Source: the human T2T-CHM13v2.0 reference genome, Homo sapiens. From it: a stretch of 64,000 bases of DNA. A model generated the notes under the pieces. It saw only the letters and a program-made list of their open reading frames with translations. It ran no database searches and was not told the DNA's origin. The stretch lies in NCBI RefSeq assembly GCF_009914755.1, contig NC_060939.1; one strand, written 5' to 3'. Of this stretch, positions 1 through 12,500 are shown piece after piece. The position numbers and the translations under genes are program-made. How positions within the stretch are numbered: the stretch's first letter is position 1; the number at the start of each line of letters is the position of its first letter.

Positions 1-1781
1 ATTGTTCCATTCGATTCCATTCGAATCCATTCCATTCCAGTCCATTCCATTCGATTCCATTCCATTCCTTTCAATTCCATTCCATTGCATTCCATTACAT
101 TCCACTTGATTCCTCTCCATTCCCTTCCACTGCATTCCGTTCGATTCCATTCCATTGCATTGCATTCCATTCCATTGGATTGCATTCCATTCGATTCCAT
201 TCCATTCGAAACAATTACATAGCAATCCATTACATTCGAGTCTATTCTCTTCCGTTCCATTCGATTTCGTTCCAATCCATTCGATTCCATTCCATTCGAT
301 TCCATTCCATGCTATTGCATTCCATTCTATTACATTATATTCGAATAAGTTCCATTCAAGACCATTTCTTTTGAGTCCATTCTATTTGAGTCCATTCCCT
401 TTGATTCCATAACATTTGAGTCCATTCAATTCCATTCCTTTCGTTTCCATTCCATTTGATGCCATTCCATTCAATTCTGTTCTACTCGACTCCAATACAT
501 TCAATTCCATTCCATCCGATTCCATTACATTCTTTTCATTTCTTATCCATTTCAAGCCATTCCACTCCATTCCATTACACTCGTTTCCTTTCCATTCGTG
601 TCCATTCCTCTCCAGTCCATTCCGTTCAATCCATTCCATTCCAGTCCATTCCATTCGAGTCCGTTCCATTCCAGTCCATTCCATTCGAGTCAATTCCATT
701 CCATTCGATGTCTTTCCATAACGATCCATTCCATTCTATTCCTTTCGATTCCATTCCATTCTATTTCATTCCATTTGATTCCCTTCCATTGGACTCCTTT
801 CCATTCGAGTGCATTCCATTCCGTTCCATTTCTTTCCGTTCTGTACGATTCCTACCGTTCGATTTCATTTTGTTCCAGTCCATTCCTTTCGCGTCCATTC
901 CATTCCATTTCACTCCATTCGATTCCATTCCACTCGATTCCACTTCGTTCCATTTCATTGCATTCCATTCTATTCAACTCTATTGCCTTCCATTCCATTC
1001 CATTCGATTACATTCCATGCCATTCCATTCGAAATCGAATCAATTACATTGCAATCCATTACTATTGAGTCCGTTTTATTCCAGTCCACTGCATTCTGGT
1101 CCATTCCATTTGATTCCATTCCATTCTATTCCATTCCATACAGTTGCATTCCATTGGATTCCATGCTATATCTATAAATTCAATTCGAGACCATTGCTTT
1201 TGAGTCCATTCTATATGATTCCATTCCATTCAAGTCCATTACATTTGGTTCAATTCCATTCCATTCCATTCCCTTCCATTCCATTCCATTTGATATCAAT
1301 CCATTCGATTCCATTCCATTCGAGCACATTCCTTTCGAGTCCATTCCATTCGATGCCATTCCATTTGATTCTATTCCATTAGTCTCCATTCAATTCCATT
1401 AATCTCCATTCCATTCCATTCTATTCCAACTGATTCCATTCCATTCTATTCCTTTCCATTCCATTTCATTCCATTCCATTCCATTTCATTCCATTCCATT
1501 CCATTCGTGTCCATTCCACTCCAGTCCATTCCATTCGTGTCCATTCCATTCCAGTCCATTCCATTTGTGTCCACTGCATTCCATTCCACTCCATTCCATA
1601 TTATTCCATTACACTCCATTCCATTCTATTACTTTCATTTCCATTCAATTCCATTCCATTTGATTCCATTCCACTCGGTTTCATTCCATTTGAGTCCACT
1701 CCATTCCATTCCATTCCATTCCATTCAGTTCCATTCCATTCTGTTCCATTCCATTCCGTTCCATTACATTCCATTCCATTC

Positions 1782-3575
1782 GGTACCATTCCATATTGTT
1801 CCATTCGATTCCATTCGAATCCATTCCATTCCAGTCCATTCCATTCGATTCCATTCCATTCATTTCAATTCCATTCCATTCCATTCCATTACATTCCACT
1901 TGATTCCTCTCCATTCCCTTCCACTGCATTCCGTTCGATTCCATTCCATTGCATTGCATTCCATTCCATTGGATTGCATTCCATTCGATTCCATTCCATT
2001 CGAATCAATTACATAGCAATCCATTACATTCGAGTCTATTCTCTTCCGTTCCATTCGATTTCGTTCTAATCCATTCGATTCCATTCCATTCGATTCCATT
2101 CCATACTATTGCATTCCATTCGATTACATTATATTCGAATAAGTTCCATTCAAGACCATTTCTTTTGAGTCCATTCTATTTGAGTCCATTCCCTTTGATT
2201 CCATAACATTTGAGTCCATTCAATTCCATTCCTTTCGTTTCCATTCCATTTGATGCCATTCCATTCAATTCTGTTCTACTCGACTCCAATACATTCAATT
2301 CCATTCCATCTGATTCCATTACATTCTTTTCATTTCTTATCCATTTCAAGCCATTCCACTCCATTCCATTCCACTCATTTCCTTTCCATTCGAGTCCATT
2401 CCTCTCCAGTCCATTCCGTTCAATCCATTCCATTCCAGTCCATTCCATTCGAGTCCGTTCCATTCCAGTCCATTCCATTCGAGTCAATTCCATTCCATTC
2501 GATGTCTTTCCATAACGATCCATTCCATTCTATTCCTTTCGATTCCATTCCATTCTATTTCATTCCATTCGATTCCCTTCCATTGGACTCCTTTCCATTC
2601 GAGTGCATTCCATTCCGTTCCATTTATTTCCGTTCTTTACGATTCCTACCGTTCGATTTCATTTTGTTCCAGTCCATTCCTTTCGCGTCCATTCCATTCC
2701 ATTTCACTCCATTCGATTCCATTCCACTCGATTCCACTTCGTTCCATTTCATTGCATTCCATTCTATTCAACTCTATTGCCTTCCATTCCATTCCATTCG
2801 ATTACATTCCATGCGATTCCATTCGAAATCGAATCAATTACATTGCAATCCATTACTATTGAGTCCGTTTTATTCCAGTCCACTGCATTCTGGTCCATTC
2901 CATTTGATTCCATTCCATTCTATTCCATTCCATACAGTTGCATTCCATTGGATTCCATGCTATATCTATAAATTCAATTCGAGACCATTGCTTTTGAGTC
3001 CATTCTATATGATTCCATTCCATTCAAATCCATTACATTTGGTTCAATTCCATTCCATTCCATTCCCTTCCATTCCATTCCATTTGATATCAATCCATTC
3101 GATTCCATTCCATTCGAGCACATTCCATTCGTGTCCATTCCATTCGATGCCATTCCATTTGATTCTATTCCATTAGTCTCCATTCAATTCCATTAATCTC
3201 CATTCCATTCCATTCTACTCCAACTGATTCCATTCCATTCTATTCCTTTCCATTCCATTTCATTCCATTCCATTCCATTTCATTCCATTCCATTCCATTC
3301 GTGTCCATTCCACTCCAGTCCATTCCATTCGTGTCCATTCCATTCCAGTCCATTCCATTTGTGTCCACTGCATTCCATTCCACTCCATTCCATATTATTC
3401 CATTACACTCCATTCCATTCTATTACTTTCATTTCCATTCAATTCCATTCCATTTGATTCCATTCCACTCGGTTTCATTCCATTTGAGTCCACTCCATTC
3501 CATTCCATTCCATTCCATTCAGTTCCATTCCATTCTTTTCCATTCCATTCCGTTCCATTACATTCCATTCCATTC
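1782..3575 (+). repeat. Representative canonical 1794-bp unit (KpnI to KpnI)
   Basis: 20 of 35 KpnI intervals are exactly 1794 bp (359 pentamers minus 1). Landmarks recur once per unit: GAATAAGTTCC, CATAACGATCC, CTACCGTTCG, TTTCGCGTCC, GAAATCGAATC, TATCTATAAA, GATATC (EcoRV), GAGCAC, CAACTG. Confidence 0.97.
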
Positions 3576-6500
3576 GGTACCATTCCATATTGTTCCATTC
3601 GATTCCATTCGAATCCATTCCATTCCAGTCCATTCCATTCGATTCCATTCCATTCATTTCAATTCCATTCCATTCCATTCCATTACATTCCACTTGATTC
3701 CTCTCCATTCCCTTCCACTGCATTCCGTTCGATTCCATTCCATTGCATTGCATTCCATTCCATTGGATTGCATTCCATTCGATTCCATTCCATTCGAATC
3801 AATTACATAGCAATCCATTACATTCGAGTCTATTCTATTCCGTTCCATTCGATTTCGTTCCAATCCATTCGATTCCATTCCATTCGATTCCATTCCATAC
3901 TATTGCATTCCATTCGATTACATTATATTCGAATAAGTTCCATTCAAGACCATTTCTTTTGAGTCCATTCTATTTGAGTCCATTCCCTTTGATTCCATAA
4001 CATTTGAGTCCATTCAATTCCATTCCTTTCGTTTCCATTCCATTTGATGCCATTCCATTCAATTCTGTTCTACTCGACTCCAATACATTCAATTCCATTC
4101 CATCCGATTCCATTACATTCTTTTCATTTCTTATCCATTTCAAGCCATTCCACTCCATTCCATTCCACTCGTTTCCTTTCCATTCGAGTCCATTCCTCTC
4201 CAGTCCATTCCGTTCAATCCATTCCATTCCAGTCCATTCCATTCGAGTCCGTTCCATTCCAGTCCATTCCATTCGAGTCAATTCCATTCCATTCGATGTC
4301 TTTCCATAACGATCCATTCCATTCTATTCCTTTCGATTCCATTCCATTCTATTTCATTCCATTCGATTCCCTTCCATTGGACTCCTTTCCATTCGAGTGC
4401 ATTCCATTCCGTTCCATTTATTTCCGTTCTTTACGATTCCTACCGTTCGATTTCATTTTGTTCCAGTCCATTCCTTTCGCGTCCATTCCATTCCATTACA
4501 CTCCATTCGATTCCATTCCACTCGATTCCACTTCGTTCCATTTCATTGCATTCCATTCTATTCAACTCTATTGCCTTCCATTCCATTCCATTCGATTACA
4601 TTCCATGCGATTCCATTCGAAATCGAATCAATTACATTGCAATCCATTACTATTGAGTCCGTTTTATTCCAGTCCACTGCATTCTGGTCCATTCCATTTG
4701 ATTCCATTCCATTCTATTCCATTCCATACAGTTGCATTCCATTGGATTCCATGCTATATCTATAAATTCAATTCGAGACCATTGCTTTTGAGTCCATTCT
4801 ATATGATTCCATTCCATTCAAATCCATTACATTTGGTTCAATTCCATTCCATTCCATTCCCTTCCATTCCATTCCATTTGATATCAATCCATTCGATTCC
4901 ATTCCATTCGAGCACATTCCATTCGAGTCCATTCCATTCGATGCCATTCCATTTGATTCTATTCCATTAGTCTCCATTCAATTCCATTAATCTCCATTCC
5001 ATTCCATTCTACTCCAACTGATTCCATTCCATTCTATTCCTTTCCATTCCATTTCATTCCATTCCATTCCATTTCATTCCATTCCATTCCATTCGTGTCC
5101 ATTCCACTCCAGTCCATTCCATTCGTGTCCATTCCATTCCAGTCCATTCCATTTGTGTCCACTGCATTCCATTCCACTCCATTCCATATTATTCCATTAC
5201 ACTCCATTCCATTCTATCACTTTCATTTCCATTCAATTCCATTCCATTTGATTCCATTCCACTCGGTTTCATTCCATTTGAGTCCACTCCGTTCCATTCC
5301 ATTGCATTCCATTCAGTTCCATTCCATTCTGTTCCATTCCATTCCGTTACATTACATTCCATTCCATTCGGTACCATTCCATATTGTTCCATTCGATTCC
5401 ATTCGAATCCATTCCATTCCAGTCCATTCCATTCGATTCCATTCCATTCATTTCAATTCCATTCCATTCCATTCCATTACATTCCACTTGATTCCTCTCC
5501 ATTCCCTTCCACTGCATTCCGTTCGATTCCATTCCATTGCATTGCATTCCATTCCATTGGATTGCATTCCATTCGATTCCATTCCATTCGAATCAATTAC
5601 ATAGCAATCCATTACATTCGAGTCTATTCTCTTCCGTTCCATTCGATTTCGTTCCAATCCATTCGATTCCATTCCATTCGATTCCATTCCATACTATTGC
5701 ATTCCATTCGATTACATTATATTCGAATAAGTTCCATTCAAGACCATTTCTTTTGAGTCCATTCTATTTGAGTCCATTCCCTTTGATTCCATAACATTTG
5801 AGTCCATTCAATTCCATTCCTTTCGTTTCCATTCCATTTGATGCCATTCCATTCAATTCTGTTCTACTCGACTCCAATACACTCAATTCCATTCCATCCG
5901 ATTCCATTACATTCTTTTCATTTCTTATCCATTTCAAGCCATTCCACTCCATTCCATTCCACTCGTTTCCTTTCCATTCGAGTCCATTCCTCTCCAGTCC
6001 ATTCCGTTCAATCCATTCCATTCCAGTCCATTCCATTCGAGTCCGTTCCATTCCAGTCCATTCCATTCGAGTCAATTCCATCCCATTCGATGTCTTTCCA
6101 TAACGATCCATTCCATTCTATTCCTTTCGATTCCATTCCATTCTATTTCATTCCATTCGATTCCCTTCCATTGGACTCCTTTCCATTCGAGTGCATTCCA
6201 TTCCTTTCCATTTCTTTCCGTTCTGTACGATTCCTACCGTTCGATTTCATTTTGTTCCAGTCCATTCCTTTCGCGTCCATTCCATTCCATTTCACTCCAT
6301 TCGATTCCATTCCACTCGATTCCACTTCGTTCCATTTCATTGCATTCCATTCTATTCAACTCTATTGCCTTCCATTCCATTCCATTCGATTACATTCCAT
6401 GCGATTCCATTCGAAATCGAATCAATTACATTGCAATCCATTACTATTGAGTCCGTTTTATTCCAGTCCACTGCATTCTGGTCCATTCCATTTGATTCCA

Positions 6501-9500
6501 TTCCATTCTATTCCATTCCATACAGTTGCATTCCATTGGATTCCATGCTATATCTATAAATTCAATTCGAGACCATTGCTTTTGAGTCCATTCTATATGA
6601 TTCCATTCCATTCAAGTCCATTACATTTGGTTCAATTCCATTCCATTCCATTCCCTTCCATTCCATTCCATTTGATATCAATCCATTCGATTCCATTCCA
6701 TTCGAGCACATTCCATTCGAGTCCATTCCATTCGATGCCATTCCATTTGATTCTATTCCATTAGTCTCCATTCAATTCCATTAATCTCCATTCCATTCCA
6801 TTCTACTCCAACTGATTCCATTCCATTCTATTCCTTTCCATTCCATTTCATTCCATTCCATTCCATTTCATTCCATTCCATTCCATTCGTATCCATTCCA
6901 CTCCAGTCCATTCCATTCGTGTCCATTCCATTCCAGTCCATTCCATTTGTGTCCACTGCATTCCATTCCACTCCATTCCATATTATTCCATTACACTCCA
7001 TTCCATTCTATTACTTTCATTTCCATTCAATTCCATTCCATTTGATTCCATTCCACTCGGTTTCATTCCATTTGAGTCCACTCCATTCCATTCCATTCAG
7101 TTCCATTCCATTCTGTTCCATTCCATTCCGTTCCATTACATTCCATTCCATTCGGTACCATTCCATATTGTTCCATTCGATTCCATTCGAATCCATTCCA
7201 TTCCAGTCCATTCCATTCGATTCCATTCCATTCATTTCAATTCCATTCCATTCCATTCCATTACATTCCACTTGATTCCTCTCCATTCCCTTCCACTGCA
7301 TTCCGTTCGATTCCATTCCATTGCATTGCATTCCATTCCATTGGATTGCATTCCATTCGATTCCATTCCATTCGAATCAATTACATAGCAATCCATTACA
7401 TTCGAGTCTATTCTATTCCGTTCCATTCGATTTCGTTCCAATCCATTCGATTCCATTCCATTCGATTCCATTCCATACTATTGCATTCCATTCGATTACA
7501 TTATATTCGAATAAGTTCCATTCAAGACCATTTCTTTTGAGTCCATTCTATTTGAGTCCATTCCCTTTGATTCCATAACATTTGAGTCCATTCAGTTCCA
7601 TTCCTTTCGTTTCCATTCCATTTGATGCCATTCCATTCAATTCTGTTCTACTCGACTCCAATACATTCAATTCCATTCCATCCGATTCCATTACATTCTT
7701 TTCATTTCTTATCCATTTCAAGCCATTCCACTCCATTCCATTCCACTCGTTTCCTTTCCATTCGAGTCCATTCCTCTCCAGTCCATTCCGTTCAATCCAT
7801 TCCATTCCAGTCCATTCCATTCGAGTCCGTTCCATTCCAGTCCATTCCATTCGAGTCAATTCCATTCCATTCGATGTCTTTCCATAACGATCCATTCCAT
7901 TCTATTCCTTTCGATTCCATTCCATTCTATTTCATTCCATTCGATTCCCTTCCATTGGACTCCTTTCCATTCGAGTGCATTCCATTCCGTTCCATTTCTT
8001 TCCGTTCTGTACGATTCCTACCGTTCGATTTCATTTTGTTCCAGTCCATTCCTTTCGCGTCCATTCCATTCCATTTCACTCCATTCGATTCCATTCCACT
8101 CGATTCCACTTCGTTCCATTTCATTGCATTCCATTCTATTCAACTCTATTGCCTTCCATTCCATTCCATTCGATTACATTCCATGCGATTCCATTCGAAA
8201 TCGAATCAATTACATTGCAATCCATTACTATTGAGTCCGTTTTATTCCAGTCCACTGCATTCTGGTCCATTCCATTTGATTCCATTCCATTCTATTCCAT
8301 TCCATACAGTTGCATTCCATTGGATTCCATGCTATATCTATAAATTCAATTCGAGACCATTGCTTTTGAGTCCATTCTATATGATTCCATTCCATTCAAG
8401 TCCATTACATTTGGTTCAATTCCATTCCATTCCATTCCCTTCCATTCCATTCCATTTGATATCAATCCATTCGATTCCATTCCATTCGAGCACATTCCAT
8501 TCGATGCCATTCCATTTGATTCTATTCCATTAGTCTCCATTCAATTCCATTAATCTCCATTCCATTCCATTCTACTCCAACTGATTCCATTCCATTCTAT
8601 TCCTTTCCATTCCATTTCATTCCATTCCATTCCATTTCATTCCATTCCATTCCATTCGTATCCATTCCACTCCAGTCCATTCCATTCGTGTCCATTCCAT
8701 TCCAGTCCATTCCATTTGTGTCCACTGCATTCCATTCCACTCCATTCCATATTATTCCATTACACTCCATTCCATTCTATTACTTTCATTTCCATTCAAT
8801 TCCATTCCATTTGATTCCATTCCACTCGGTTTCATTCCATTTGAGTCCACTCCATTCCATTCCATTCCATTCCATTCAGTTCCATTCCATTCTGTTCCAT
8901 TCCATTCCGTTCCATTACATTCCATTCCATTCGGTACCATTCCATATTGTTCCATTCGATTCCATTCGAATCCATTCCATTCCAGTCCATTCCATTCGAT
9001 TCCATTCCATTCATTTCAATTCCATTCCATTCCATTCCATTACATTCCACTTGTTTCCTCTCCATTCCCTTCCACTGCATTCCGTTCGATTCCATTCCAT
9101 TGCATTGCATTCCATTCCATTGGATTGCATTCCATTCGATTCCATTCCATTCGAATCAATTACATAGCAATCCATTACATTCGAGTCTATTCTCTTCCGT
9201 TCCATTCGATTTCGTTCCAATCCATTCGATTCCATTCCATTCGATTCCATTCCATACTATTGCATTCCATTCGATTACATTATATTCGAATAAGTTCCAT
9301 TCAAGACCATTTCTTTTGAGTCCATTCTATTTGAGTCCATTCCCTTTGATTCCATAACATTTGAGTCCATTCAATTCCATTCCTTTCGTTTCCATTCCAT
9401 TTGATGCCATTCCATTCAATTCTGTTCTACTCGACTCCAATACATTCAATTCCATTCCATCCGATTCCATTACATTCTTTTCATTTCTTATCCATTTCAA

Positions 9501-12500
9501 GCCATTCCACTCCATTCCATTCCACTCGTTTCCTTTCCATTCGAGTCCATTCCTCTCCAGTCCATTCCGTTCAATCCATTCCATTCCAGTCCATTCCATT
9601 CGAGTCCGTTCCATTCCAGTCCATTCCATTCGAGTCAATTCCATCCCATTCGATGTCTTTCCATAACGATCCATTCCATTCTATTCCTTTGGATTCCATT
9701 CCATTCTATTTCATTCCATTCGATTCCCTTCCATTGGACTCCTTTCCATTCGAGTGCATTCCATTCCGTTCCATTTCTTTCCGTTCTGTACGATTCCTAC
9801 CGTTCGATTTCATTTTGTTCCAGTCCATTCCTTTCGCGTCCATTCCATTCCATTTCACTCCATTCGATTCCATTCCACTCGATTCCACTTCGTTCCATTT
9901 CATTGCATTCCATTCTATTCAACTCTATTGCCTTCCATTCCATTCCATTCGATTACATTCCATGCGATTCCATTCGAAATCGAATCAATTACATTGCAAT
10001 CCATTACTATTGAGTCCGTTTTATTCCAGTCCACTGCATTCTGGTCCATTCCATTTGATTCCATTCCATTCTATTCCATTCCATACAGTTGCATTCCATT
10101 GGATTCCATGCTATATCTATAAATTCAATTCGAGACCATTGCTTTTGAGTCCATTCTATATGATTCCATTCCATTCAAGTCCATTACATTTGGTTCAATT
10201 CCATTCCATTCCATTCCCTTCCATTCCATTCCATTTGATATCAATCCATTCGATTCCATTCCATTCGAGCACATTCCATTCGAGTCCATTCCATTCGATG
10301 CCATTCCATTTGATTCTATTCCATTAGTCTCCATTCAATTCCATTAATCTCCATTCCATTCCATTTTACTCCAACTGATTCCATTCCATTCTATTCCTTT
10401 CCATTCCATTTCATTCCATTCCATTCCATTCCATTCCATTCAATTCCATTCCATTCCATTCGTGTCCATTCCACTCCAGTCCATTCCATTCGTGTCCATT
10501 CCATTCCAGTCCATTCCATTTGTGTCCACTGCATTCCATTCCACTCCATTCCATATTATTCCATTACACTCCATTCCATTCTATCACTTTCATTTCCATT
10601 CAATTCCATTCCATTTGATTCCATTCCACTCGGTTTCATTCCATTTGAGTCCACTCCATTCCATTCCATTCCATTCCATTCAGTTCCATTCCATTCTGTT
10701 CCATTACATTCCATTCCATTCGGTACCATTCCATATTGTTCCATTCGATTCCATTCGAATCCATTCCATTCCAGTCCATTCCATTCGATTCCATTCCATT
10801 CATTTCAATTCCATTCCATTCCATTACATTCCACTTGATTCCTCTCCATTCCCTTCCACTGCATTCCGTTCGATTCCATTCCATTGCATTGCATTCCATT
10901 CCATTGGATTGCATTCCATTCGATTCCATTCCATTCGAATCAATTACATAGCAATCCATTACATTCGAGTCTATTCTCTTCCGTTCCATTCGATTTCGTT
11001 CCAATCCATTCGATTCCATTCCATTCGATTCCATTCCATACTATTGCATTTCATTCGATTACATTATATTCGAATAAGTTCCATTCAAGACCATTTCTTT
11101 TGAGTCCATTCTATTTGAGTCCATTCCCTTTGATTCCATAACATTTGAGTCCATTCAATTCCATTCCTTTCGTTTCCATTCCATTTGATGCCATTCCATT
11201 CAATTCTGTTCTACTCGACTCCAATACATTCAATTCCATTCCATCCGATTCCATTACATTCTTTTCATTTCTTATCCATTTCAAGCCATTCCACTCCATT
11301 CCATTCCACTCGTTTCCTTTCCATTCGAGTCCATTCCTCTCCAGTCCATTCCGTTCAATCCATTCCATTCCAGTCCATTCCATTCGAGTCCGTTCCATTC
11401 CAGTCCATTCCATTCGAGTCAATTCCATCCCATTCGATGTCTTTCCATAGCGATCCATTCCATTCTATTCCTTTCGATTCCATTCCATTCTATTTCATTC
11501 CATTCGATTCCCTTCCATTGGACTCCTTTCCATTCGAGTGCATTCCATTCCGTTCCATTTCTTTCCGTTCTGTACGATTCCTACCGTTCGATTTCATTTT
11601 GTTCCAGTCCATTCCTTTCGCGTCCATTCCATTCCATTTCACTCCATTCGATTCCATTCCACTCGATTCCACTTCGTTCCATTTCATTGCATTCCATTCT
11701 ATTCAACTCTATTGCCTTCCATTCCATTCCATTCGATTACATTCCATGCGATTCCATTCGAAATCGAATCAATTACATTGCAATCCATTACAATTGAGTC
11801 CGTTTTATTCCAGTCCACTGCATTCTGGTCCATTCCATTTGATTCCATTCCATTCTATTCCATTCCATACAGTTGCATTCCTTTGGATTCCATGCTATAT
11901 ATATAAATTCAATTCGAGACCATTGCTTTTGAGTCCATTCTATATGATTCCATTCCATTCAAGTCCATTACATTTGGTTCAATTCCATTCCATTCCATTC
12001 CCTTCCATTCCATTCCAGTTGATATCAATCCATTCGATTCCATTCCATTCGAGCACATTCCATTCGAGTCCATTCCATTCGATGCCATTCCATTTGATTC
12101 TATTCCATTAGTCTCCATTCAATTCCATTAATCTCCATTCCATTCCATTCTACTCCAACTGATTCCATTCCATTCTATTCCTTTCCATTCCATTTCATTC
12201 CATTCCATTCCATTTCATTCCATTCCATTCCATTCGCTTCCATTCCATTCGTGTCCATTCCACTCCAGTCCATTCCATTCGTGTCCATTCCATTCCAGTC
12301 CATTCCATTTGTGTCCACTGCATTCCATTCCACTCCATTCCATATTATTCCATTACACTCCCTTCCATTCTATTACTTTCATTTCCATTCAATTCCATTC
12401 CATTTGATTCCATTCCACTCGGTTTCATTCCATTTGAGTCCACTCCATTCCATTCCATTCCATTCCATTCAGTTCCATTCCATTCTGTTCCATTCCATTC

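Noticed and set aside
340-352. Heat-shock element-like GAA/TTC combinations (TTCGAATAAGTTC, TTCGAATCC)
   Set aside because: Spacing does not fit the canonical alternating nGAAnnTTCnnGAAn element, so no specific HSE can be called.
382-729. Minus-strand MEWNG-rich ORFs (115, 92, 79, 69 aa)
   Set aside because: Direct translation of (GGAAT)n; ATGs are supplied by the pentamer itself. Database 'proteins' of this type are generally spurious satellite translations.
1173-1178. TATAAA box in each unit
   Set aside because: Isolated hexamer in AT-rich degenerate pentamers; the paralogous half has GAATAAG instead. No other promoter evidence.
456-1382. 308-aa ORF and the other + strand ORFs (169, 122, 101, 85 aa) repeated in each unit
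   Set aside because: (CATTC)n has no stop codon and translates as HSIPF repeats. Starts are mostly TTG/GTG, there is no recognisable domain, and copies are freely truncated (130, 201, 203, 280 aa) or frameshifted by 5-bp indels.
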